DNA of 40,255 nucleotides from a virus (Duplodnaviria; Heunggongvirae; Uroviricota; Caudoviricetes): IMG/VR virus record IMGVR_UViG_2874951433_000007, positions 1 to 40,255 of that record; one strand, 5' to 3'. Shown piece by piece: positions 29,495 to 37,789 of this stretch (position 1 is its first letter; each line of letters starts with the position of its first letter). The notes under the pieces were generated by a model. It saw only the letters and a program-made list of their open reading frames with translations, ran no database searches and was not told where the DNA came from. The position numbers and the translations under genes were made by a program.

Positions 29495-30211
29495 ATGGAA
29501 AATAAAAAATCACTGACGACAGAACAGCTCGAAGACGCTAAGCGGCTTAAGGCTTTGTATGAGTCAAAAAAGAAAGAATTGGGAATAACCCAATACTCAA
29601 TCGCTGATGAACTGGGTATCACCCAAGGAGCGGTAGGGCATTATCTTAATGGCAGAAACGCGCTAAACGTTGAGGTTGCATCTGGTTTTGCACGATTGTT
29701 GCAAGTCTCAATTGCTGATTTTAGCCAGTCAATTGCTGCCAAGGTTGCAGAACAGGCAGAAAGCCTTAAGAGCGATGCCAACGTAAGGTATGCAGGGGAA
29801 TACAGAGCAGGAAAGAGGTATCCGGTGTTAAGCAGTATCCAGGCTGGCTCGTGGTGTGAAGCATGCGAACCATACACCATTAAAGACATAGATGTTTGGC
29901 TTGAGTCTGACGCGCATATTCAAGGTAATGCGTTCTGGCTTAAAGTGGAAGGTGATTCAATGACGGCACCGGTTGGGTTAAGCATTCCAGAGGGAACATT
30001 CGTTCTTTTCGATACCGGACGGGAGGCGATCAACGGCAGCTTGGTCATAGCAAAACTTTCTGACTCTAACGAAGCAACATTCAAGAAGCTGATAATCGAC
30101 GGCGGAAATAAATACCTCAAGGGACTTAATCCTGCATGGCCTCTCGTGCCAATCAATGGAAACTGCAAGATTATAGGCGTTGCAATTGAGACAAAACTAA
30201 GGCTGGTTTGA
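29495..30211 (+). CDS. cI: CI repressor (HTH + LexA/S24-like C-terminal domain)
   Basis: 238 aa; KKSLTTEQLEDAKRLKALYESKKKELGITQYSIADELGITQGAVGHYLNG similar to recalled lambda cI but divergent; FWLKVEGDSMTAP cleavage-domain motif. Confidence 0.85.
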   Translation: MENKKSLTTEQLEDAKRLKALYESKKKELGITQYSIADELGITQGAVGHYLNGRNALNVEVASGFARLLQVSIADFSQSIAAKVAEQAESLKSDANVRYAGEYRAGKRYPVLSSIQAGSWCEACEPYTIKDIDVWLESDAHIQGNAFWLKVEGDSMTAPVGLSIPEGTFVLFDTGREAINGSLVIAKLSDSNEATFKKLIIDGGNKYLKGLNPAWPLVPINGNCKIIGVAIETKLRLV

Positions 30212-30228
30212 TCACGCAAGGGGCGATT

Positions 30229-30597
30229 ATGGTTGGAACCGCTATAGCAAGCTTTTTGGGGATGTTGGCAATCTCAACAATTTACGGCTTAGCGCATGCT
30301 TTTATTGCGAAATCTCTATCAGAAAAAATAAGCCAGGCTTGGGCGCATAGATCAGCTCGTTTCATGATTCTGGTGATCATGGCAATACAAGGGATATCTG
30401 CATTTATCCTCTATGGATCAAGCTTATACCTATTGTATCAAGGCGCGACATTTACGTCTTACACCAGTGATTACGGAACTCTATACGATGGTAGTGAAGA
30501 CATCTCTATGGCTTGGATCGTCTTTGGTTTATCTATGGCCGTGTCTGTTGTAGCAGACATCATTAAGGTAATTCTCGTCTTAACCTTCGCTGACTAA
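30229..30597 (+). CDS. Small 3-TM inner-membrane protein co-transcribed with cI (rex position); candidate exclusion protein
   Basis: Start ATG 30229 (aagggg RBS) just after cI stop; three hydrophobic helices; no recognisable family. Confidence 0.6.
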   Translation: MVGTAIASFLGMLAISTIYGLAHAFIAKSLSEKISQAWAHRSARFMILVIMAIQGISAFILYGSSLYLLYQGATFTSYTSDYGTLYDGSEDISMAWIVFGLSMAVSVVADIIKVILVLTFAD

Positions 30598-30730
30598 CTC
30601 ATAATCCCGGCAGCAATAGCTATCGGGATCCACTTCACATATCCCGCATAAAAAGCACTGAACAAGCAGACACCGAAAAAAATAAATATCTTTTGTATTC
30701 ATTTGCTTATCATTATTTCACCCAAAATAA

Positions 30731-30771
30731 ATACCTTGGGTATTTACACAATAAAATACCTACAGTATTCT
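30731..30771 (+). promoter_or_regulatory. OL operators overlapping PL (-35 TTTACA 30743..30748, -10 TATTCT 30766..30771)
   Basis: ataccttgggtat (30731..30743) and atacctacagtat (30756..30768), same spacing as the OR pair. Confidence 0.55.
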
Positions 30772-30817
30772 TTAGCCATCAGCAGGACGCTGGAAGCCAA
30801 ACGGAACAGCTTGGCAG

Positions 30818-30858
30818 GCTCTTTAACATTGATGGGATTGTCCCGCCGAAATGCGGGA
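30818..30858 (+). promoter_or_regulatory. nutL (boxA + boxB)
   Basis: gctctttaaca (30818..30828) then tcccgccgaaatgcggga hairpin (30841..30858) upstream of N. Confidence 0.65.
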
Positions 30859-30965
30859 ACCAAAGAGTAGTTGGCTTTGGGGTGACGTGAAGTGCAGCTG
30901 CACGACGGCAACCGGAAGATAAGCACCCGGCGCGTCACCGCCAAAGTCAATCATCGGAGGTCAAC

Positions 30966-31238
30966 ATGACAGTAGTCATTACATATCTGGCTGACGATAA
31001 CGCCAGAAATCGCCGCAGAGCACGCAGACAGGCTCAACGTGAACAGGCAATGCAAGAGCAGCGACTGGCGCGAAAAATTGCGCTAAAGCTCTCTGGTTGC
31101 GTCAGAGCAGATAAAGCAGCATCACTCGGAAGCCTTCGCTGCAAGAAGGCAGATGAATGCAGTGGAAGTATTTGCCTGCCAAACGTAGCCATTTACGCGG
31201 CAGGCTACCGGAAATCAAAACAACTGACGGCGAGGTAA
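30966..31238 (+). CDS. N: N-type antiterminator (P22 gp24-like)
   Basis: N-terminal arginine-rich motif NARNRRRARRQAQREQ and C-terminus LPNVAIYAAGYRKSKQLTAR matching recalled P22 gene 24. Confidence 0.8.
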   Translation: MTVVITYLADDNARNRRRARRQAQREQAMQEQRLARKIALKLSGCVRADKAASLGSLRCKKADECSGSICLPNVAIYAAGYRKSKQLTAR

Positions 31239-31241
31239 GTG

Positions 31242-31466
31242 ATGAATCAGACATACATTCCATCATGCTTGAGAAATCTGCCAAAGCAGAAAGCAAAGCC
31301 CCGCAAGCAAGCCATAAAGGACGCTAAGGCAGAGGTTATTGATCAAGCAATACAATTGCTCAGGGAGGAGTTAAGAAGTGGCAAGCTCGAAGGAATGATG
31401 ATGCCCTATCAGCGCGGATATCTATCGGCGATTAGTAAGTTGGAAGTATTGAAGAGTGAATTATGA
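31242..31466 (+). CDS. Hypothetical protein
   Basis: 74-aa ORF, ATG 4 nt after N stop. Confidence 0.5.
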   Translation: MNQTYIPSCLRNLPKQKAKPRKQAIKDAKAEVIDQAIQLLREELRSGKLEGMMMPYQRGYLSAISKLEVLKSEL

Positions 31467-31530
31467 ACTATCTGGAATTTCAGGATGGTTCATTGTTTTG
31501 GCAGCAAACCACTTATTTGAGGACTGATAC

Positions 31531-31773
31531 ATGAGAGTAAAAACCATGGGCGCAAGCCCATTAAGTGGTCGTATTTTTCAAGGAACATTAAACACTGAAA
31601 AAGGAATGTGGGTGGGAAAGAAAGAAGATGTAACCGAACAGGCAGTTAAGGCAGTAGCTGAACACATGATGATAAAAGATCAGAAATATGCATACGAAAC
31701 GAAGGATGGCAAATGGCTGATAATAAGTCATCAAATAGTTGATAAATTACCAGAAGAGTTTGTTGATGGTTAA
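31531..31773 (+). CDS. Hypothetical protein
   Basis: 80-aa ORF with GAGGA RBS. Confidence 0.5.
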   Translation: MRVKTMGASPLSGRIFQGTLNTEKGMWVGKKEDVTEQAVKAVAEHMMIKDQKYAYETKDGKWLIISHQIVDKLPEEFVDG

Positions 31774-31901
31774 ATTTGCTTTGGAATAAGCAACAGAATA
31801 AACACTGCACTGTGTATTCATTCCAACGAGTGAATACACGGAGCAATGTCGCTCGTAACTAAACAGGAGCCGACTTGTTCTGATTATTGGAAATCTTCTT
31901 T

Positions 31902-31929
31902 GCCCTCCAATGTGAGGGCAGTTTTTTTT
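31902..31929 (+). terminator. Rho-independent terminator within the PL operon (tL-like)
   Basis: gccctc-caatgt-gagggc followed by a-gtttttttt, immediately upstream of the RBS of the next gene. Confidence 0.65.
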
Positions 31930-31941
31930 GACGGAGGATAT

Positions 31942-32910
31942 ATGAGTGAAGTAACAGATTTAGTTGTTATTGAAAAAGCAAATGCAATGACTGTATTTCA
32001 GTCTGCCGACCAGATTGAAGAAATTCTCCAAAAGGTTGAACGTGAAGTTATGTCCTTTGTGCCTGATATCACAACGGCAAAGGGCAGAAAGGAGATCGCT
32101 TCTCTGGCGTATAAAGTTGCGCAGACGAAAACATATCTCGATGGTCTTGGCAAAGACCTTGTTGCTGAACTGAAGGAAATTCCAAAGCTAATTGATGCCA
32201 ACCGCAAGACGGTGCGTGATCGCCTTGATGAACTGAAAGCCAAGGCGCGCCAGCCTCTTACTGATTATGAGGAGGAGCAGGCGCGGATTAAAGCCGAAGA
32301 AGAAGCTAAGGCAGCAGCTGAAGCTCTCGCAAAGCAAATTGAGTCTGACCATGAAATAGCGATTTTGATGGATCGCGAATTTGACCGCCAAAGAGAAGAG
32401 GCAAGACTCAAAGCGGAGCAGGAAAAGCGAGAGCATGAAGAACGCTTAAAAAGAGAAGCTGAAGAGAAAGCCAGATCTGAAGCCGAAGCAAAGGCAAAAG
32501 CCGAAATTGAAGCAGCAGCAAGGCGAGAAGCAGAAGCTAAGGCCGCAGCGGAACGTGCAGAGCGTGAACGCATTGAAGCCGAGCAACGAGCACAGCGCGA
32601 AGCAAAAGAGGCAGCAGAACGAGCTGAAAGAGAAAAGCAGGCGGCAATTGAAGCAGAACGCCGAAAAGCACAGGAGGAGGCTGAACGAATCCGGCGCGAG
32701 GCTGAAGCAAAAGAGCAAGCCAGAATAGCAGAAGAAAAAAGAATCAAGGACGAAGAAGAGCGTAGAGCAAAGGATAAAGCTCACCGGAAAGAAGTAAATA
32801 ACAAAATACTTGCTGACCTTATCAAGGTTGGCGCATCAGAAGATGTTGCTAAAAATATCATAACAGCCATCGTAAAAGGCGAAGTATTCGCAACAAAAAT
32901 AACCTACTAA
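31942..32910 (+). CDS. Hypothetical protein with long charged E/A/K/R-rich coiled-coil region
   Basis: Start ATG 31942 (RBS ggagga) after the terminator; about 170-aa low-complexity region EAKAKAEIEAAARREAEAKAAAERAERE... Confidence 0.6.
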   Translation: MSEVTDLVVIEKANAMTVFQSADQIEEILQKVEREVMSFVPDITTAKGRKEIASLAYKVAQTKTYLDGLGKDLVAELKEIPKLIDANRKTVRDRLDELKAKARQPLTDYEEEQARIKAEEEAKAAAEALAKQIESDHEIAILMDREFDRQREEARLKAEQEKREHEERLKREAEEKARSEAEAKAKAEIEAAARREAEAKAAAERAERERIEAEQRAQREAKEAAERAEREKQAAIEAERRKAQEEAERIRREAEAKEQARIAEEKRIKDEEERRAKDKAHRKEVNNKILADLIKVGASEDVAKNIITAIVKGEVFATKITY

Positions 32911-32934
32911 TAAAACCAACATAAGGAACCACCC

Positions 32935-33066
32935 ATGATTTACGCAATCGCGGGAGGCGCTCGCATGGGTGCCTTCCAACTAAATGAATCTTTACTTGAA
33001 CGAATCACCCGTAAATTACGTGACGGATGGAAAAGAGTTGAGGTCTTATTATGCGCAATGAAATAG
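32935..33066 (+). CDS. cIII: CIII (FtsH inhibitor)
   Basis: 43 aa MIYAIAGGARMGAFQLNESLLERITRKLRDGWKRVEVLLCAMK; core ESLLERITRKLRDGWKR matches recalled lambda CIII; below ORF-track cutoff. Confidence 0.75.
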   Translation: MIYAIAGGARMGAFQLNESLLERITRKLRDGWKRVEVLLCAMK

Positions 33067-33203
33067 CCATCAATCACCAGATGCTTCGTGCAGCACAAAA
33101 CAAAGCAGTAATAGCCAGATTTATTGGTGATTCAAAAATGTGGCTTGAAGCAAATAAAGCGATGAAATCAGCTATCAACCTTCCGTGGTATCGCAGGAAA
33201 TGA
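33051..33203 (+). CDS. kil: Kil-like host division inhibitor (tentative)
   Basis: 50 aa with ARFIGDSKMW resembling recalled lambda Kil (ATFIGDEKMF); position after cIII. Confidence 0.45.
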   Translation: MRNEIAINHQMLRAAQNKAVIARFIGDSKMWLEANKAMKSAINLPWYRRK

Positions 33204-33284
33204 GTTTTACAGATAACTGGTCAGACGAAGAATTCATTCGTCAGATGAACAAAATGCTCAATCAGCACAAAGAACAGGAGAAAG

Positions 33285-33596
33285 ATGATGATTCTGACTC
33301 TGAATGATAAGCGTGAAATATCGCAAATCATCGCAAGTTTTACCGATGATGATTACGAACGAATCAACAGTGAAGTTGATCGCCTCTGCAAACGTTGCGA
33401 CCCAATAAGCGAAATGCTTCGCTCATATAAACCAGATGAACACACTAAGGACGCTATCGACTGGCTGGAAGATGATGACTGTAACTATCAGGAAAAAGCC
33501 GCTGAATGGTTCTGGGATGCAATAACCGAAAGAGTTAAGGCTGAATATGCCTTCGCAATATTTAAACGCAGACACATTTTTGGAGAAGCTGCATGA
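33285..33596 (+). CDS. Hypothetical protein in the gam position upstream of recT
   Basis: 103 aa, AGGAG RBS, ATGA overlap with recT start. Confidence 0.55.
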   Translation: MMILTLNDKREISQIIASFTDDDYERINSEVDRLCKRCDPISEMLRSYKPDEHTKDAIDWLEDDDCNYQEKAAEWFWDAITERVKAEYAFAIFKRRHIFGEAA

Positions 33597-34504
33597 GCAA
33601 TATCGTTGAATTCGTTAAACAGCAGGAGCAGTTATTCTGCGGAGCATTGACTGAACAGACGGTGACATGGGCTAAGGAAAGCCAGTTTGCAATTCAGTAT
33701 TTCCAGAAAAATGATTACCTGGCTAAAACGGCTCTGGCAAATCCAACCAGCGCACAGAACGCCATCATCAATGTTGCGGCGATCGGCATCACCTTAAACC
33801 CGGCCAGCAAACTGGCTTATCTGGTTCCGCGCGACGGCATGGTTTGCCTTGATATCAGCTATATGGGATTGCTACATATTGCAATGGAGTCTGGTGTTAT
33901 CTCATGGGGTCAGGCAAAGCTTGTTCATGCTAACGATACCTATGAGTCAAACGGGCTTGATAAAGCACCAACCCATAAATACAACGCCTTCGGTGATCGT
34001 GGCGATATCGTTGGCGTTTACTGCACAGTTAAGACGCCAGCAGGTGATTATCTAACGGAAGAGATGAGTCTGGCTGAAATTGAGGCCGTAAGGAAAACAA
34101 GCAAGGCGGCATTCAGCGATAAAGGGCCATGGGTAAATCACTGGAATGAGATGGCGCGAAAAACGGTCGTAAAGCGCGCAAGCAAGTATTGGCCTAAGGC
34201 ATCACGCCTTGATAGTGCTATTCACGTACTAAACGAAGAAGAAGGCGTGTGGACCGAACCAGTTATGCCGCACAAATCAGAGGAAGATATCCGCGAAGAT
34301 GAACGGAAACGCCAGCAGGAAATTATGGAAAAAGCACAACTTCTTTGTGATGAAATGGCTCAGGCTGAAAACATGGATGATTTGAAGCGATATTTTGCAG
34401 AAGCATATCGCCTGACATCTGGAATGAAATTGCAGCAGAACGTACAAGCTATTTACATAGAATGCAAAGCGAAACTGGAGGTTGCCAGTGAGCAAACTGT
34501 ATGA
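33593..34504 (+). CDS. recT: RecT-family single-strand annealing protein
   Basis: GPWVNHWNEMARKTVVKRASKYWP matches recalled RecT motif GPWVTHWEEMAKKTAIRRLFKYLP. Confidence 0.85.
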   Translation: MSNIVEFVKQQEQLFCGALTEQTVTWAKESQFAIQYFQKNDYLAKTALANPTSAQNAIINVAAIGITLNPASKLAYLVPRDGMVCLDISYMGLLHIAMESGVISWGQAKLVHANDTYESNGLDKAPTHKYNAFGDRGDIVGVYCTVKTPAGDYLTEEMSLAEIEAVRKTSKAAFSDKGPWVNHWNEMARKTVVKRASKYWPKASRLDSAIHVLNEEEGVWTEPVMPHKSEEDIREDERKRQQEIMEKAQLLCDEMAQAENMDDLKRYFAEAYRLTSGMKLQQNVQAIYIECKAKLEVASEQTV

Positions 34505-34970
34505 AATTGCCAATGAATACGCAAAATTGATGGATTCAGATTTAGAGCCAGAGATGATTGCTGACACAATAGAAGGCATGGAAGGAGAATTTACCGATAA
34601 AATAGAGCAACTTCTCGCCATTATTAAAAATGAATCTGGTTATGCTGAACGCCTCAAGGAAGAGGCAAAGTCACTGAATGAACGAGCAGCAGTAATTCAA
34701 AATAAAATTGACAGCATCAAATCATATATAGCGTCATCGCTTGAAATGGTCGGCAAGAAAAAGATTCGAGCAGGTATTCACCATGTAACAATCCGCAAAC
34801 CGTCAGAAATTGTAGAAATCATCGACTCAAGCGCCCTTCCTCCTGAATACGTTGAGTTTGAAACGACAATTAAAGCCGACAAACTGGCAATCAAACACCA
34901 ACTAAAAGCAGGAATAAATATCCCCGGGGCTCAACTCAAGGTTGGGAAACCTTCACTTCTTATCAAATAA
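34488..34970 (+). CDS. Hypothetical protein following recT (possibly Gp157-like)
   Basis: GTG start 34488 with GGAGG RBS; 160 aa; no nuclease motifs seen. Confidence 0.5.
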   Translation: MSKLYEIANEYAKLMDSDLEPEMIADTIEGMEGEFTDKIEQLLAIIKNESGYAERLKEEAKSLNERAAVIQNKIDSIKSYIASSLEMVGKKKIRAGIHHVTIRKPSEIVEIIDSSALPPEYVEFETTIKADKLAIKHQLKAGINIPGAQLKVGKPSLLIK

Positions 34971-34981
34971 CGGTATCGACT

Positions 34982-35296
34982 ATGAAAAAGACTCCATGGG
35001 AGAAATGGGAAGTCGATTTCTTGCGCGAGGTAGCGGCGACAATGCCAGTTGAAGTTATCGCTGAAAAACTGGAAAGGACTGAAAAAGCAGTAATGGCGAA
35101 AGCAACAAGGATTGGCGCTGACATTGTTAGCCGACTTCGTGGAAGACGATGGACAAAAGCCGAAGTATCACTTTTCGGTAAGTTCTCCGCAGAAGAAATA
35201 GCAATTGCAACCTGCCGCTCAATTTATTCAGTAAGAGCTATGCGATACAAGCTAAAAAAACTCGATGAAGAAAGAGCAGGCATACGAATAAATTAA
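34982..35296 (+). CDS. Hypothetical protein
   Basis: 104-aa ORF in PL operon. Confidence 0.5.
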   Translation: MKKTPWEKWEVDFLREVAATMPVEVIAEKLERTEKAVMAKATRIGADIVSRLRGRRWTKAEVSLFGKFSAEEIAIATCRSIYSVRAMRYKLKKLDEERAGIRIN

Positions 35297-35312
35297 CAAA
35301 GAGGAATTCACC

Positions 35313-35480
35313 ATGAGAGGACTTGCATACAATCCCGGCATTCTTCCGGCAGAAATGATTATTCGCCAACGCGTAAAGCCAATGCCATCGAGAGAGGAAT
35401 TACTTAAGAGAAATTCTTTTCCGTCAGTGAATCAAAACAAATATCTGAATGCGATGTGGCGTAAAGGAGGCAAGCAGTGA
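35313..35480 (+). CDS. Hypothetical small protein
   Basis: 55-aa ORF, ATG 35313; fills the gap between neighbouring genes; below ORF-track cutoff. Confidence 0.3.
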   Translation: MRGLAYNPGILPAEMIIRQRVKPMPSREELLKRNSFPSVNQNKYLNAMWRKGGKQ

Positions 35481-35776
35481 GTGTATGTCTTATTGATAAA
35501 CGTCGACGTGGGCAACAAATACCATCTGTTGAAATGCCGAATCACACATGGTTTTGCGTACTTGATATCGATGGTATGGATACGTTGGTTGACACTCGTC
35601 ATTACTGCGATACCGCAACAGCTACTCCGGCGAAAGCAAAGAAAATGGCTGCTCTGATAGAAAACTGGACTCCACCTGATGGTTGGTGCAATGGGAATGA
35701 TCGAGATTGGCACGAAAAAATGAAGGGCTATATCTGCGATTTTTTACGTAAATGCAACGGCTTCAGGGTGATGTGA
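35477..35776 (+). CDS. Hypothetical protein
   Basis: 99-aa ORF, GTG start overlapping upstream stop. Confidence 0.45.
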   Translation: MSVCLIDKRRRGQQIPSVEMPNHTWFCVLDIDGMDTLVDTRHYCDTATATPAKAKKMAALIENWTPPDGWCNGNDRDWHEKMKGYICDFLRKCNGFRVM

Positions 35777-35777
35777 T

Positions 35778-36593
35778 ATGACCAAAATTAACTATCAGGC
35801 ACTGCGTGAAAAGGCAGAGAAAGCAACGTGTGGTGTGTGGTCGCTCGAATATGGAGAGAGCCGATTTAATTGTGATGATGCGCTAATTCATCGTGAAGTT
35901 GTTGGATATCTTCCCATTTGCAGAATTGAAGGAGCGCATCCAGAAAGCGGTTTCGATGAAGATTTCCAAATGGAACAGCAGGCCAATGCTGAATTCATCG
36001 CCGCAGCCAATCCGGCTACCGTGCTGGCACTACTGGATGAACGGGAAAGGAACCAGCAATACATCAAATCCCGCGACCAGGAGAACGAGGATATTGCGCT
36101 TACGGTAGGGAAGCTGCTAATCGAAAACGGCCGGCTTGTTGCCGATACGCTACGCCACTTAGCTGATAACGAAATCGACTCTGATTATTTTGCTATCACC
36201 TCAACGAATGAGAACGGTACTGAAATTGATCATGAGATGGCTATTACCGATTACGCACTGCAAGCTGCCGGAACTGTAGACGAATTGGTTGCGGCGTTGG
36301 AATCCGCAGAGAAGCGCATTGCAGAACTGGAAGCCAAACCTGTAAGCCAAACTTACAAGTTGAACGAGCTATCGGGCAACTCTCCGGTGACTCCGGATAG
36401 TTGGATAAGCTGTAGTGAGCGAATGCCGAAAGGGTATGCTGATGTGTTAGTGACCGACGGCGAGCATGTCGAGGTTAAATGGTGGGATGAATCTGGGTAT
36501 TGGAATAGTTGGACGGAACTTAACTCAGATATCCTTGCCCATGAAATAACTCACTGGATGCCGCTACCGGAGCCTCCGCAGGAGATGAAGTAA
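35778..36593 (+). CDS. Ead/Ea22-like protein with C-terminal DUF551-type domain
   Basis: 271 aa; C-terminal W-x-SCSERMPKG...VEVKWWDESGYWNSW...HWMPLPEPP pattern typical of DUF551 proteins of lambdoid prophages. Confidence 0.6.
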   Translation: MTKINYQALREKAEKATCGVWSLEYGESRFNCDDALIHREVVGYLPICRIEGAHPESGFDEDFQMEQQANAEFIAAANPATVLALLDERERNQQYIKSRDQENEDIALTVGKLLIENGRLVADTLRHLADNEIDSDYFAITSTNENGTEIDHEMAITDYALQAAGTVDELVAALESAEKRIAELEAKPVSQTYKLNELSGNSPVTPDSWISCSERMPKGYADVLVTDGEHVEVKWWDESGYWNSWTELNSDILAHEITHWMPLPEPPQEMK

Positions 36594-36871
36594 TGGACTC
36601 CTTCGCGAAATATACGATTATTGACTGGATTGCCTTTCTTCAGGTTTTGCTCATCTGGTTTTATATGGCTTACAGGAGTGGACAGTGGATTGTCAGTGTA
36701 GCCTGTAGCAAGGGATGGCGTTGGTGGAACCGAAAGAATAAAAAAGCGCTGGCCTTGGATTCGTTTTACGAAGCATTCAATCTTAACAGTCTTCAGCCTG
36801 GTTCTGTCATTGTAGTCACCACTCAAAGCGGCATGACCATTCAGATTCATAAACCAAAAGAGGAAAAATGA
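36593..36871 (+). CDS. Hypothetical protein with N-terminal TM helix
   Basis: 92-aa ORF, ATGA overlap with upstream gene. Confidence 0.45.
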   Translation: MDSFAKYTIIDWIAFLQVLLIWFYMAYRSGQWIVSVACSKGWRWWNRKNKKALALDSFYEAFNLNSLQPGSVIVVTTQSGMTIQIHKPKEEK

Positions 36872-36957
36872 TGTGGCCTATATGTGTTAATTGCGGACGG
36901 ATGTGCCTATCTGGATGGTGCCGAAAGTGCGACAAATGCACGAAGAAAAGACAATAA
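36868..36957 (+). CDS. Hypothetical 29-aa Cys-rich (CxxC...CxxC) peptide
   Basis: MMWPICVNCGRMCLSGWCRKCDKCTKKRQ; ATGA overlap with upstream stop; below ORF-track cutoff. Confidence 0.25.
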   Translation: MMWPICVNCGRMCLSGWCRKCDKCTKKRQ

Positions 36958-37016
36958 CAATCCTCGCACTGACGGGGATTTCTTTTATCTGAACTCGCTA
37001 CGGCGAGTTTTGTTTT

Positions 37017-37328
37017 ATGGAGATGATTATGGCCTGTTCAACATTCAACCCTCTAACGTTACAGAAATACCAGCCAGACCCTGAAGATTTATGCTCACTG
37101 TGTGGAGGAAATCATGGTAAAGCCGCCATGATCGAATGTAAGGACAAAATCCACATATGCCTTAATTGCGTTGATGTCCTCGTTGATATCAAAAATGAAA
37201 GAGAAGATAAAAAGCGTAGCGAGGCTATTCGCGCCTTAGATTCATGGATGCGAGATGGGTATAGTGCTGCGCAAATTTATGACTTAGCCATTTCAAAAGG
37301 CGAAATACCAGGTGTGCGAATCGAATAA
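37017..37328 (+). CDS. Hypothetical Cys-rich protein
   Basis: 103-aa ORF with CSLCGG...CLNC; start may be ATG 37029 (GGAG RBS). Confidence 0.45.
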   Translation: MEMIMACSTFNPLTLQKYQPDPEDLCSLCGGNHGKAAMIECKDKIHICLNCVDVLVDIKNEREDKKRSEAIRALDSWMRDGYSAAQIYDLAISKGEIPGVRIE

Positions 37329-37363
37329 GAAGCGCACTCAAGCATCTTTTGGAGAAATCACTA

Positions 37364-37531
37364 ATGCACTTCCGAGTCACAGGTGAATGGAATGGAGAGC
37401 CATTCAACAGAGTTATCGAAGCGGAGAACATCAACGACTGCTACGACCACTGGATGATATGGGCGCAGATAGCACATGCAGACGTAACCAATATTCGAAT
37501 TGAAGAACTGAAAGAACACCAAGCCGCCTGA
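37364..37531 (+). CDS. Hypothetical protein
   Basis: 55 aa from ATG 37364 (GGAG RBS); terminator hairpin overlaps stop codon. Confidence 0.45.
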   Translation: MHFRVTGEWNGEPFNRVIEAENINDCYDHWMIWAQIAHADVTNIRIEELKEHQAA

Positions 37532-37545
37532 TGGCGGCTTTTTCT
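37522..37545 (+). terminator. Rho-independent terminator upstream of xis
   Basis: agccgcc-tgat-ggcggct followed by ttttt. Confidence 0.65.
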
Positions 37546-37570
37546 TGCGTGTAATTGCGGAGACTTTGCG

Positions 37571-37789
37571 ATGTACTTGACACTTCAGGAGTGGAACGCT
37601 CGCCAGCGACGCCCAAGAAGCCTTGAAACAGTTCGTCGATGGGTGCGCGAATGCAGGATATTCCCTCCTCCTGTTAAGGATGGAAGAGAGTATCTGTTCC
37701 ACGAATCAGCGGTAAAGGTTGACTTAAATCGACCAGTAACAGGTAGCCTTTTGAAGAGGATCAGAAATGGGAAGAAGGCGAAGTCATGA
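37571..37789 (+). CDS. xis: Excisionase Xis
   Basis: 72 aa MYLTLQEWNARQRRPRSLETVRRWVRECRIFPPPVKDGREYLFHESAVKVDLNRPVTGSLLKRIRNGKKAKS, matches recalled lambda Xis. Confidence 0.9.
   Translation: MYLTLQEWNARQRRPRSLETVRRWVRECRIFPPPVKDGREYLFHESAVKVDLNRPVTGSLLKRIRNGKKAKS

Noticed and set aside
30693..30950. 65-aa plus and 68-aa minus ORFs between the cI-linked gene and N
   Set aside because: They overlap the OL/PL and nutL regulatory elements; regulatory region more plausible
32188..32784. Several overlapping minus-strand ORFs (81-160 aa)
   Set aside because: Products are low-complexity Ser/Ala/Cys/Phe repeats, produced by the repetitive GAA/GCA-rich coiled-coil coding region on the plus strand
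33200..33307. 35-aa acidic ORF (MSFTDNWSDEEF...)
   Set aside because: Overlaps the start of the better-supported 103-aa gene at 33285, which has a stronger RBS; cannot be excluded but not listed as a feature
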